Assembly (NCBI GenBank): GCA_947472995.1
Contig: CANJBO010000002.1
Coordinates: 117,283-181,282 of the forward strand
Length of the DNA: 64,000 nt
Origin: Chloroflexota bacterium
Lineage (GTDB): Bacteria > Chloroflexota > Dehalococcoidia > UBA2979
Direction of reading: 5' to 3'
A model generated the notes under the pieces. The model searched no databases and was not told the origin of the DNA. It saw only the letters and a program-made list of their open reading frames with translations. Both the position numbers and the translations under genes were made by a program. This document shows positions 39,945 to 48,690 of the stretch, in pieces; position 1 is the stretch's first letter, and each line of letters begins with the position of its first letter.

Positions 39945-40013
39945 GGCCCATCCCCTGCCCCTTCCCTGCGCGGGAAGGGGATGAACAGTTGGGGGTTCCA
40001 CCCCCAACACCCC
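39945..40013. repeat. REP/BIME-like double-hairpin element (subfamily A variant)
   Basis: GGCCCATCCCCTGCCCCTTCCC-tgcgc-GGGAAGGGG ... GTTGGGGGT-tcc-ACCCCCAAC; same architecture as the elements at 22988 and 37562, with a different second hairpin. Confidence 0.6.
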
Positions 40014-40174
40014 TGGGTATGCGGAATGTCGAACCTCGGGGCAGCGGGCGGCAGACTGCACGACAGGCGACAGCCGCCCCCGGATGGTGCGTCCTGCCCC
40101 TCTTATTTCATGGGACAGGTGTTGAGCGTGCTCGCGCCATCGTTGGGGCTTCCCCATGCGACTAGACTCCCGGC

Positions 40175-40924
40175 ATGCGTGTAGACGTCGCCCTCGTGCC
40201 TCCCGCCAGCGCGCCCCTCGACGCGACGTGCCTCGTTGTCGACGTGCTGCGCGCGACGTCGGTGATGGCGGTGCTGTTCGGGCGCGGGCTGCGCGCGGCG
40301 TGGCTCGCCGGCAGCATCGAGGAGGGGCGCGCCGTGCGTGCCGCGCTCGGTGAGCGTTCGCGCGGGCTGATGCTCTGCGGCGAGGAGCACGCGCTCGCGC
40401 CGGCGGGCTTCGACTACGGGAACTCGCCGCTGGAGTTCGAGCGCGTCGCGCTCCCCGCGGAGGCCGTGCTGGCGACGACGAACGGCACGCCGGCGCTCCT
40501 CGCGTGCGCCGGGGCGCCGCTGGTGATGCCGGCCGCGCCGCTGAACGCCGACGCCGCGGTGCACACCGCGCTGAACGCGGGGCGCGACGTGCTGATCGTC
40601 TGCGCCGGGCTGGTGACCGAGGCCGGCGTGCGCGCGCCCGGCGACGACGACACGCTCGCCGCGGGGCTGCTGGTCGCGCGCCTCGTGCGCATGGGGCTGC
40701 AGGCGGGCGACGAGGCCACTCTCGCGCTCGAACGGTACGAGGCGGCGCGCGGCGACCTCGCCGCCGCGCTGCGAGCGACGCACCACGGGGCGCGGATCAC
40801 GGAGCTCGGGTTCGGGGCGGACGTCGACCGCTGCGCGCAGACGGACGTGTACGACACGGTCGCGACGCTGCGGGTGGAAGACGGCCGCGCGGTGCTGCGG
40901 CCGGCCTCCGAGCGCTCGCGCTAG
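40175..40924 (+). CDS. 2-phosphosulfolactate phosphatase family protein (ComB-like)
   Basis: ...DATCLVVDVLRATSVMAV... and ...ATTNGTPAL... resemble the ComB family. Confidence 0.55.
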   Translation: MRVDVALVPPASAPLDATCLVVDVLRATSVMAVLFGRGLRAAWLAGSIEEGRAVRAALGERSRGLMLCGEEHALAPAGFDYGNSPLEFERVALPAEAVLATTNGTPALLACAGAPLVMPAAPLNADAAVHTALNAGRDVLIVCAGLVTEAGVRAPGDDDTLAAGLLVARLVRMGLQAGDEATLALERYEAARGDLAAALRATHHGARITELGFGADVDRCAQTDVYDTVATLRVEDGRAVLRPASERSR

Positions 40925-42636
40925 ATCACCTGCTCGCCGGACTGGCGCGAAGTGTTGCTGTCCTCGGGCGGCGGCTGGTTGCCGTTGCGGCGCGAGCGAT
41001 GGCCGGCGATCGCCTGCCGGCGCGCGGTCCAGTGCAGCATGAACTCCTGCGTCGCGGCCAGCGCCTCCGAGCCGGCGAGGCGCTGGCGCAGCTCCTCCGT
41101 GATCGGCGTCGCCGCCTCCCACGATCCGAACGCCGCCTCCAGCGAGCGCACCTGCCCCTCGTCGGGGAGGTGGCGGCCGTAGCGCGCGCGGTCGAAGGCG
41201 AGGCCGATCGGCGGGAACGGCGGCGCGGTCATCGCGCGGTCGGCGCGCGCGGCGAACTCCAGCGGCGTCTCGCCGAGGCGGTAGTGGAAGCCGCGCTCCT
41301 CGGCGGCGGCGGCGGCGCGCGCGTAGAGGCGATAGATCGGCTGCGCGCGGATCCACGCGTCGTCCGCGCGCGGCCGGACGCGCGAGAGCATGTTGCGCAA
41401 CAGCCCGCCGAGGCCCGTGCCGCCGGACGACTGACCGCGTGACTCCTCGACGTTGGTCTCCGTGACCCGGCCGCGTCGCATGATCAGCAGCGCGAGGCGG
41501 TAGACGAGGTACATCACCACCGCGACGGCGAGGAAGCGCAGGCCGTTCTGCAGCCACAGCGGCATCCCCTCCGCGGCGGCGCGGCCGGCCTGGTCGCGGA
41601 CCTCGGGCGGCGGCGTCATGTCGAGGTTCGGGAGCGTCGGGAACCCCTTCGCCCCGTTGGGGAGCAGCAGCCGCACGATGCGCTCGATCACCCAGTAGAT
41701 CGGCGTGAGGATCGCGAGCAGCACCGCCGACAGGATGTTCAGAGCGGCGTCGCCGACGATCGCCAGCAGCACGCCCACGCGCAGGAACGCGAGGCTGCCG
41801 AGGAGCATCGCCACCGCGAGCAGCACGCCGATCGTGCCGCCGACCGAGGCGATCCACGGGCCGGTGCGCCTCGTGCCGTCCAGCGGGGCGACGGTGCGCG
41901 CGTTGTTCGCGACCGCGAGGCCGAGGATGCCGACGACGAACTGCGGCACGGCGAAGAACGCGACCGCGCGCACGCCCTCGATCGAGGCGAGCGCGAGGCC
42001 GATGATCGTGAGGATGAAGCCGGCGGTGAACGACCGCAGGACGCGCTCGAAGGTGACACGCGACCGCCCGGCGATCACGAAGCGCACCCACAGCGCGACC
42101 ATCCCCGCGAACATGAACGTCACCGTCGACCCGTGCGGCCTCGCGAGGTCCGGGCGGTCGAGGAACGCGCCGAGGTCGCCGGCGCTGACCGGTCCGGCGG
42201 AGCCGCCGAAGAGCGCCGCGATGCCGCTGGCGTCCCAGATGCGCGCGTCGCCGAGCAGCGCGACGTGCAGCAGCGCATTGAGCGCGAGCACAGACGAGGC
42301 GACGAGGATCACCGCGCCGAGCGCACCGTCGAACCCCGCCAGTACCAGCGTCCGCATGAGGTAGAACCCTCCGAACGCCGCGGCGAGGACGATCAGCAGC
42401 GACGGCCCGTGCTCCACGGCCATCGCGGCGCGGATCATCGACAGGACGTCGGCGGCGCGGCCGGCGGCGACGTCGGTGGCGCCAGCCACCGTGCGCACGC
42501 GGTCGTCGACCTGCGCGAGGTAGGACTGCTCCATCGCCGTCGCCCCGACGCGCAGGATGATGTACCAGGCGATCGCCTCGGCGACGACGAAGATGACGTC
42601 GACCGCGGTCTGGCGCCCGTCGACCCGGCTGTTCAT
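40921..42636 (-). CDS. polytopic membrane protein with a C-terminal DUF4129 domain (third gene of a MoxR-DUF58 operon)
   Basis: About 10 TM helices, then ...YRLYARAAAAAEERGFHYRLGETPLEFAARADR... (DUF4129-like); ATG overlaps the DUF58 stop (ATGA). Confidence 0.6.
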   Translation of the reverse strand: MNSRVDGRQTAVDVIFVVAEAIAWYIILRVGATAMEQSYLAQVDDRVRTVAGATDVAAGRAADVLSMIRAAMAVEHGPSLLIVLAAAFGGFYLMRTLVLAGFDGALGAVILVASSVLALNALLHVALLGDARIWDASGIAALFGGSAGPVSAGDLGAFLDRPDLARPHGSTVTFMFAGMVALWVRFVIAGRSRVTFERVLRSFTAGFILTIIGLALASIEGVRAVAFFAVPQFVVGILGLAVANNARTVAPLDGTRRTGPWIASVGGTIGVLLAVAMLLGSLAFLRVGVLLAIVGDAALNILSAVLLAILTPIYWVIERIVRLLLPNGAKGFPTLPNLDMTPPPEVRDQAGRAAAEGMPLWLQNGLRFLAVAVVMYLVYRLALLIMRRGRVTETNVEESRGQSSGGTGLGGLLRNMLSRVRPRADDAWIRAQPIYRLYARAAAAAEERGFHYRLGETPLEFAARADRAMTAPPFPPIGLAFDRARYGRHLPDEGQVRSLEAAFGSWEAATPITEELRQRLAGSEALAATQEFMLHWTARRQAIAGHRSRRNGNQPPPEDSNTSRQSGEQVI

Positions 42637-43937
42637 GCGCCCACCGCCAGTGCCGCGGGCGGAACGGGGGTCACGGGTGCGTCCGGCGCGTCGAGGCCGT
42701 CGCGCGTCGGGGCGCGGTCGGCGTCCGCCTCCAGCACCTCCATCGCCTCCGCGACGGAGACGACGGGGATGCCGCCGAGGTTGTCGGGCCACTCCGCGCG
42801 CGTCGTCTTCACGACCGTGACGAAATGGCCGTGCGCGCGCAGGCGCGCCAGTGTCGCGGCCAGCTCCTCCGGCACGATCGCCGCGACGAGGACGATCGTC
42901 GCGCCGGCGGGCAGCGGGTACGCGGGGTCCTCGAGGTCGCCCGCCATGTTCGACGTGGTGAACGAGGTGATCATCGCGAGCGCCTCGAGCACGCGGCTGA
43001 GGCGGTCGGGGCGGCGGCCGGCGCCGATGCGGATCGTGCGGTCGGCATCCGCGAACGATCCGTTCGCGATGAGGCCGAGCGAGGCGCCGGTGTCCACCGA
43101 CCACCGCGCGATCGAGGCGGCGACGGCGACGCCGCGCTCCAGCAGGATCGGGTCGGCCCCCTGCCATGAGTACTCGAACGTCGGGATGTTCAGCGCGAGG
43201 ATCACGGACTGCTCGCGGCTCGGCTCGTACAGGCGCGACTGCAGGCGGTTGCTGCGCGCGGTGGCGTACCAGTCGATGCGCTTCATCGGGTCGCCGGGCT
43301 GGTAGTCGCGCACGCCGACCACGCGGCTCGGATCCTCGTGGATGCGGTTGCCGCCGCGATGGTCGCCGAATGGGCGTGCGCTGTCCAGGCCGAGCTCGGG
43401 CAGCGTGTACGTGAGCGGGTACACGGTGATGCCGTCGACCGGGCGGCCGGTCTCCTCCTCGCGCTCGAAGAAGCCGAAGATGTCACCCGACCTCAGGCGC
43501 GTCGGGCCGACGCGGTAGTAGCCGCGCCGCACCGCGCGCAGCGTGAGCGGCCACTCGATGTGATCGCGACGGCCCATCGAGGTCGCGCGCTCCAGCACCT
43601 GCGACCCCGGCAGCGATCCCGGCGAGGTGCGTACGCCCACCGTCGGCATGCCGCGCGGCAGCGTCTCCCGCAATTCCAGCCACGGCACCGGCAGCAGCTT
43701 GCGGTTGTCGAGGATCAGCGTCGTCTGCACGGTCTCGCCGACGAACACGCGGCGCTCGGAGAGCGTGCGGCGGTAGACGACCTCCTCGAGCGAGACGCGC
43801 GCCCACAGCCGCGCGGCGCCGCCGGTGCAGAAGATCATCGCGGCGATCACGACCAGCGCGACGGAGCCCGAGGCGAACCCGACCAGCGCGAGGAAGCCGG
43901 AGGCGAACAGCCATGCGTCGGAGACGAGCGATCGCAC
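42633..43937 (-). CDS. DUF58 domain protein (VWA-like fold, MoxR partner)
   Basis: Two N-terminal TM helices, ...DYQPGDPMKRIDWYATARSNRLQSRLYE... DUF58 signature. Confidence 0.7.
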   Translation of the reverse strand: MRSLVSDAWLFASGFLALVGFASGSVALVVIAAMIFCTGGAARLWARVSLEEVVYRRTLSERRVFVGETVQTTLILDNRKLLPVPWLELRETLPRGMPTVGVRTSPGSLPGSQVLERATSMGRRDHIEWPLTLRAVRRGYYRVGPTRLRSGDIFGFFEREEETGRPVDGITVYPLTYTLPELGLDSARPFGDHRGGNRIHEDPSRVVGVRDYQPGDPMKRIDWYATARSNRLQSRLYEPSREQSVILALNIPTFEYSWQGADPILLERGVAVAASIARWSVDTGASLGLIANGSFADADRTIRIGAGRRPDRLSRVLEALAMITSFTTSNMAGDLEDPAYPLPAGATIVLVAAIVPEELAATLARLRAHGHFVTVVKTTRAEWPDNLGGIPVVSVAEAMEVLEADADRAPTRDGLDAPDAPVTPVPPAALAVGA

Positions 43938-43961
43938 CGGGTCGCCTCGATTCCCGCGTGC

Positions 43962-44936
43962 CTAGACGGCGTCGGCCACGGGCACCGGCACTTCGCCGAG
44001 GATCTCGTCCAGCACGTCGTCGGCCGTGCGGCCGCGCAGCCGCGTGTTGCTGGAGAGCAGCAGTCGGTGGCTGAGCACGGCGTGCGCCAGCGCCTTCACG
44101 TCGTCCGGGCGCACGTAGTCGCGGCCCTCGATCGCGGCGTGCGCGCGGGCCGCGCGGAACAGCGCGAGCGAGGCGCGCGGACTGGCGCCGAGGTCGAACG
44201 CGGCGTGGTCGCGCGTGGCGCGCACCAGCGCGACGACGTAGCGCGCGACGGCGTCCTCGACGTGCACGCCGGGGAGCCGCGAGGACAGTGCGACGAGCGC
44301 CTCCGCCTGCACGACGGGCTGGAGATCCTCGAGCGGGGAGGCGCTCTCGAAGCGGCGCAGCACCGCCAGCTCGCCCTCGGCGTCGGGGTAGCCCACCTTC
44401 AGGCGCAGCAGGAAGCGGTCGAGCTGCGCCTCGGGCAGCGGGAACGTGCCCTCCAGCTCGACGGGGTTCTGCGTCGCCAGCACGACGAACGGTCGAGGCA
44501 GCACGCGCGTCTCGCCATCGACGGTGATCGTGCGCTCCTCCATCGCCTCCAGCAGCGCGGACTGGGTGCGCGGCGTCGCGCGGTTCACCTCGTCGGCAAG
44601 GACGACATTCGCCAGCAGCGGGCCGGGGCGGAACTCGAACTCGCCGCTGCGCTGGGAGTAGAAGTTGATGCCGAGGACGTCGGCGGGCATCAGGTCGGGC
44701 GTGAACTGGATGCGCCGGAACGCGCCGCCGATGCTGGCCGCGAACGCGCGCGCCATCGTCGTCTTGCCGGTGCCGGGGACGTCCTCGAGGAGCACGTGCC
44801 CGCCCGCGAGCAGCGCGACCAGCACGAGGTTCACCGCCTCGTCCGCGCCGACGATCACGCGGGCGACGTTCGCGCGGATCAGCTCCGCCGTGTCGCGGAC
44901 CGCCGCCGCCAGCTCGCCGTTGCCTCGCTCCTGCAT
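43962..44936 (-). CDS. MoxR-family AAA+ ATPase
   Basis: Walker A LLEDVPGTGKTT, Walker B VVLADEVNRATP, ...VLATQNPVE...; start set at the internal MQERGN. Confidence 0.85.
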   Translation of the reverse strand: MQERGNGELAAAVRDTAELIRANVARVIVGADEAVNLVLVALLAGGHVLLEDVPGTGKTTMARAFAASIGGAFRRIQFTPDLMPADVLGINFYSQRSGEFEFRPGPLLANVVLADEVNRATPRTQSALLEAMEERTITVDGETRVLPRPFVVLATQNPVELEGTFPLPEAQLDRFLLRLKVGYPDAEGELAVLRRFESASPLEDLQPVVQAEALVALSSRLPGVHVEDAVARYVVALVRATRDHAAFDLGASPRASLALFRAARAHAAIEGRDYVRPDDVKALAHAVLSHRLLLSSNTRLRGRTADDVLDEILGEVPVPVADAV

Positions 44937-45095
44937 GCGCGCCCCCCGGTTCCCTCTGTGGGGCGCGAGGATAGCAGAGGCGCAGCCCCAGCGACGGCCG
45001 GGCGCGGGCACGGCGACGAGAAGGCCCGGGCCACTGCTATCCTCGCTCCCGCGCACCCACGAGGCGACGACAGGACGGCGACGAGAGGCGGGGCG

Positions 45096-46355
45096 ATGCG
45101 CGCGGAGATCGTTTCAATCGGCACCGAGATCATGTTCGGCGAGATCACGGACACGAACGCCGCCTACATCGCCGCCGCGCTGCCGCAGTTCGGCATCGAT
45201 CTGCTGTGGGTGACGCAGGTCGGCGACAACCCCGACCGGCTGCGCGAGGCGTTCGCGCGCGCGTGGGAGCGCTCCGACATCACCTTCTGCACGGGCGGCC
45301 TCGGCCCGACCGAGGACGACATCACCCGCGAGACGATCGCGGCGATGCTCGGCGAGACGATCGAGGTCGACCCGGAGCAGGAGCGCGTGCTGCGCGCGGG
45401 CTTCGTGGCGCGCGGGGTGCAGGACATGCCGGCGCGCAACATCAAGCAGGCCGCGCTCATCCCGAGCGCCCGCGCGATCCCCAACGCGCGAGGCACCGCG
45501 CCCGGCTGGTGGGTGGAGCGCGCGATGCCCTCCGCGCCCGCCGGCGCGCGCATCATCGTGGTGATGCCCGGGCCGCCCGCGGAGATGCACGCGATGTGGG
45601 ATGCCTCGGTCGCGCCGGAGCTGGAGCGCCGCGCGGACTCCGTGCTCGTCGCTCGCACGCTGAAGACGAGCGGCGTCGGGGAGTCGATGATCGACGAGAT
45701 GCTGTCGCCGCTGCTCGCGGGGACGAACCCCTCGATCGGCATCTACGCGCGCGCGGACGGAGTGAGCGCGCGCATCGCCGCGAAGGCCGCGACGCGCGAC
45801 GAGGCGTGGGCGCTGATCCGCCCCGTCGAGGCACAGGCGCGCGCGATCCTCGGGCCGGTGATCTGGGGGCAGGACGACGACTCCCTGTCGGCGGGCGTGG
45901 GGCGGATGCTGCGCGAGCAGGGGCTGACGCTCGGCACGATGGAGAGCGCGAGCGGCGGCGCGATCGCGAGCGCGATCACGGACGTCTCCGGCTCGTCCGA
46001 GTACTTCAAGGGCGCGCTCGTCACCTACGCGACTGAGCTGAAGGTGGCGATGGGGGTGCCCGCCGAGATCGCCGCGCGCGGCGTCATCTCACGCGAGTGC
46101 GCCGAGGCGATGGCCCGCGCGGCGCGCGAGCGGCTGGGCGTGGACCTGGCGCTGTCCGTCACCGGCATCGCCGGCAGCGAGTCCGTCGAGGACCAGCCCC
46201 CCGGCACGATGCACCTCGCGCTCTGGGACGGCACCGAGATGACGTACCTGACGTTCCGCTACTTCCAGGGCCGCGAGCAGGCAAAGCGCCGCATCGTTCA
46301 GCAGGCGCTCACCATGCTGCGCACCTACCTCATGGCGAGAGCGGCGAGGGGCTGA
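45096..46355 (+). CDS. cinA: competence/damage-inducible protein CinA (MoCF-like N-domain plus CinA C-domain)
   Basis: MRAEIVSIGTEIMFGEITDTNAAYIA..., ...TGGLGPTEDDITRE..., C-terminal ...MESASGGAIASAITDVSGSS... Confidence 0.85.
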   Translation: MRAEIVSIGTEIMFGEITDTNAAYIAAALPQFGIDLLWVTQVGDNPDRLREAFARAWERSDITFCTGGLGPTEDDITRETIAAMLGETIEVDPEQERVLRAGFVARGVQDMPARNIKQAALIPSARAIPNARGTAPGWWVERAMPSAPAGARIIVVMPGPPAEMHAMWDASVAPELERRADSVLVARTLKTSGVGESMIDEMLSPLLAGTNPSIGIYARADGVSARIAAKAATRDEAWALIRPVEAQARAILGPVIWGQDDDSLSAGVGRMLREQGLTLGTMESASGGAIASAITDVSGSSEYFKGALVTYATELKVAMGVPAEIAARGVISRECAEAMARAARERLGVDLALSVTGIAGSESVEDQPPGTMHLALWDGTEMTYLTFRYFQGREQAKRRIVQQALTMLRTYLMARAARG

Positions 46356-46356
46356 A

Positions 46357-46397
46357 AGGCCCTCACCCCAACCCTCTCCCGCTTCGTGGGAGAGGGC
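46357..46397. repeat. REP-like hairpin (subfamily B): GCCCTCACCCCAACCCTCTCCC-gcttcgt-GGGAGAGGGCC, immediately after the cinA stop
   Basis: Seen directly; direct-repeat partner at 46784-46835 on the other side of the DUF559 gene. Confidence 0.65.
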
Positions 46398-46403
46398 CGG
46401 AGC

Positions 46404-46775
46404 TTAGCCGGCCAACGCCCGCAGGATGCTCCCGATCACACCTTCGGCGTTCGTCAGCACCTCGACGTTCGTGAAGCGCAGGACGCGGATGCCGAGGGCT
46501 TCGAGGTAGGCGGTGCGTACGGCGTCATCGGCGAGGCCGTCGCTCGTGTAGTGCTGGCTGCCGTCAGCCTCGACGGCGAGGTGGGCGTCGGCGCAGTAGA
46601 AGTCGAGGACGTACGGACCGGCGCCGTGCTGTCGCCGGAACTTGTAGCCCTCGAGGGCGCGGGAGCGCAGGAGTCGCCACAGGGCGCGCTCGGCGTCGGT
46701 CTGCGTGCGTCGGAGCGCGCGGCGCTGGTCGGGGGTGGTGCCGGGATGACGACGGCGGCCATCTGCATCCATCAT
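46404..46775 (-). CDS. DUF559 endonuclease-domain protein (Vsr-like PD-(D/E)XK fold)
   Basis: ...GYKFRRQHGAGPYVLDFYCADAHLAVEADGSQHY... matches the DUF559 core; flanked on both sides by REP-like elements. Confidence 0.7.
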   Translation of the reverse strand: MMDADGRRRHPGTTPDQRRALRRTQTDAERALWRLLRSRALEGYKFRRQHGAGPYVLDFYCADAHLAVEADGSQHYTSDGLADDAVRTAYLEALGIRVLRFTNVEVLTNAEGVIGSILRALAG

Positions 46776-46783
46776 GGTAATGT

Positions 46784-46835
46784 GCCCTCACCCCATCCCT
46801 CTCCCCCTTTGAGGGGGAGAGGGCAGGGTGAGGGC
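46784..46835. repeat. REP-like long imperfect palindrome (subfamily B): GCCCTCACCCCATCCCTCTCCCCC-ttt-GAGGGGGAGAGGGCAGGGTGAGGGC
   Basis: Seen directly; same orientation and same 5' arm as the element at 46357. Confidence 0.65.
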
Positions 46836-46837
46836 TC

Positions 46838-47251
46838 TCACTCCCACGCCGGGTTCCACACGACTTCCCACAGGTGCTCGTCCGGGTCGGCGAAGTAGCC
46901 GGCGTAGCCGCCCCAGAAGGTGTCGTGCGCGGGGACGATGATGCGCGCGCCGGCGGCGAGGGCGGTCGCCATCGTCGCGTCGACCTCCGCCTTGCTGGCG
47001 ACGTTGTGGCCGATCGAGAGGTCGGTGGGCGCGGCGGGGCGCACCTCGAGGCCCGTGTCGTGCGCGAGGCTCGTGCGCGGCCAGACGGCGAGGCGCAGGC
47101 CACCCTCGAGGTCGAAGAACGCGACGGCGCCGTGCTCGAACTCCTCGCCGATGATGCCCTCGGTCGGGAAGCCGAGGCCGTCGCGGTAGAACGCGACGGC
47201 GCGGTGCAGGTCGTCCACGCCCAGCGTGACGACGGTGATCCGTGGTTTCAT
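46838..47251 (-). CDS. VOC-family protein (glyoxalase/bleomycin-resistance/dioxygenase fold)
   Basis: 137 aa; ...ITVVTLGVDDLHRAVAFYRDGLGF... betaalphabetabetabeta module. Confidence 0.7.
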   Translation of the reverse strand: MKPRITVVTLGVDDLHRAVAFYRDGLGFPTEGIIGEEFEHGAVAFFDLEGGLRLAVWPRTSLAHDTGLEVRPAAPTDLSIGHNVASKAEVDATMATALAAGARIIVPAHDTFWGGYAGYFADPDEHLWEVVWNPAWE

Positions 47252-47274
47252 GAGCGCGCTCCTCGACGTACCAG

Positions 47275-48309
47275 ATGCACCGACGACAGGCCTCGATGAT
47301 AAACGCGACTCCGCTCGTCCTCGGCGAGAACAACGTGTGGCCGTACCGCGTCGACGGGCGCGGGTGGGTACTGGTCGACGCGGGGCTCGCGTACACCGAC
47401 GGCACTGGCACCTCGTGGGACGCGATCGTCGCGCAGGCGCGCGCGATCGGGTGCGAGCCGAGCGAGGTGCGCGCCGTCATCGTCACGCACGAGCACATCG
47501 ACCACGCCGGCCTCGCCGCGCGCTGGGCCGCCGAGGGCGCGGCGATCATCGCGATGCCGGAGGCGCTGCCGGCGATCGCGGCGGGCGGTGCGATCCTCGA
47601 ACCGCTGCGCGCGCGGCGACTGGAGGAGCTGCGACGCCACGGCGCGCCGCTGGACGACCTCGACGTGCTGGGTGCGCAGCGGCGCGCATTCGCGCTCGAC
47701 TGGCCCGGTTGCCCGGAGGACGCGCTCGTGCCGGCACAGGACGGCGACACGTTCGCGCTGGACGGCGGGCGCGTGCTGCACCTCATCGCCGCGCCGGGGC
47801 ACACGCCCGGCAACCTCGTCGCGTTCATCGCGGAGCGTGAGGGCCTGCCGGTGGGCGACCTGTGCAGCGGCGACACGCTGCTGCCGACCACGATCCCCAC
47901 GCCCGGCCTGCACTTCCCCGGCATCCTCGACGGCGACGCCGACGCGCCGCGCTGGCCGTCGCTGCCGCCGTTCCTGCGCTCCGTCGAGCGGCTGAGCGCG
48001 CTGGGCGTGCGGCGCATCCTGCCCGGCCACGGCGCGATCGTCGATGAGCCGCGACGGTTGCTCGCGCAGTTCACGCAGCACCATGCGCGGCGCGCGGCGC
48101 GCGTGCGGCAGCACCTCGACGCCGCGCGCGATGACGCCGGCGTGACGGCGTACGAGATCGCGCGCGCGCTGTTCCCGCGCCTCCCCGCCGCGCGCATCGG
48201 CCAGGCGATGACCGAGGCGATCGGCCACCTCGACATCCTCGTGGAACGCGAGGAGGCACGACAGCAGCGTGACGGCGCCGGCATCGTGCGCACGCTCCTC
48301 GTGCGCTAG
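47275..48309 (+). CDS. MBL-fold metallo-hydrolase
   Basis: VIVTHEHIDHAG (HxHxDH), downstream ...APGHTPGN... and ...LPGHG... metal ligands. Confidence 0.8.
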   Translation: MHRRQASMINATPLVLGENNVWPYRVDGRGWVLVDAGLAYTDGTGTSWDAIVAQARAIGCEPSEVRAVIVTHEHIDHAGLAARWAAEGAAIIAMPEALPAIAAGGAILEPLRARRLEELRRHGAPLDDLDVLGAQRRAFALDWPGCPEDALVPAQDGDTFALDGGRVLHLIAAPGHTPGNLVAFIAEREGLPVGDLCSGDTLLPTTIPTPGLHFPGILDGDADAPRWPSLPPFLRSVERLSALGVRRILPGHGAIVDEPRRLLAQFTQHHARRAARVRQHLDAARDDAGVTAYEIARALFPRLPAARIGQAMTEAIGHLDILVEREEARQQRDGAGIVRTLLVR

Positions 48310-48636
48310 TCGCTCAGGATCACGGATCGAGCGTGCGGATTGCGCCTGTGCGAACGATCACGCGCGGAGGGTTGACGGCGCTGTACGCTCTGCATGTCGA
48401 CGCGAACGAACTGTAGGGAGAGGAGCGGGGATTGATGAGTCCTGAACGCTATCGGCCCGGCAATCGAGCGACGCAGTAATCACCGGAGGGATCCGCCCTT
48501 GAAGCGAGTACTCCGTCGGCGCTCGTAGGCCGACAAACGACCCTTTCAGTCAGAACGGACTGAACCCGACGAACTGACTTCACATCGCGCTCATGCGCAT
48601 CGGCACACGGCCCTCGAGCCGCCGAACGTGAAATCG

Positions 48637-48672
48637 AAGAGGCCCCGCAGTGCGGGGCCTCTTCTTGTCTGA
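48637..48672. terminator. bidirectional rho-independent terminator between the convergent MBL and VWA genes
   Basis: GAAGAGGCCCCGC-agt-GCGGGGCCTCTTC followed by TTGTCT on the + strand and TTCGATTTC on the - strand. Confidence 0.6.
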
Positions 48673-48690
48673 GCGCGCGCGGGACCTCGA

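Noticed and set aside
40921-43167. 748-aa ORF containing the DUF4129 membrane protein
   Set aside because: The first 177 codons overlap the DUF58 gene in another frame and are Arg/Pro/Gly-rich. The true start is placed at the ATG overlapping the DUF58 stop (42636).
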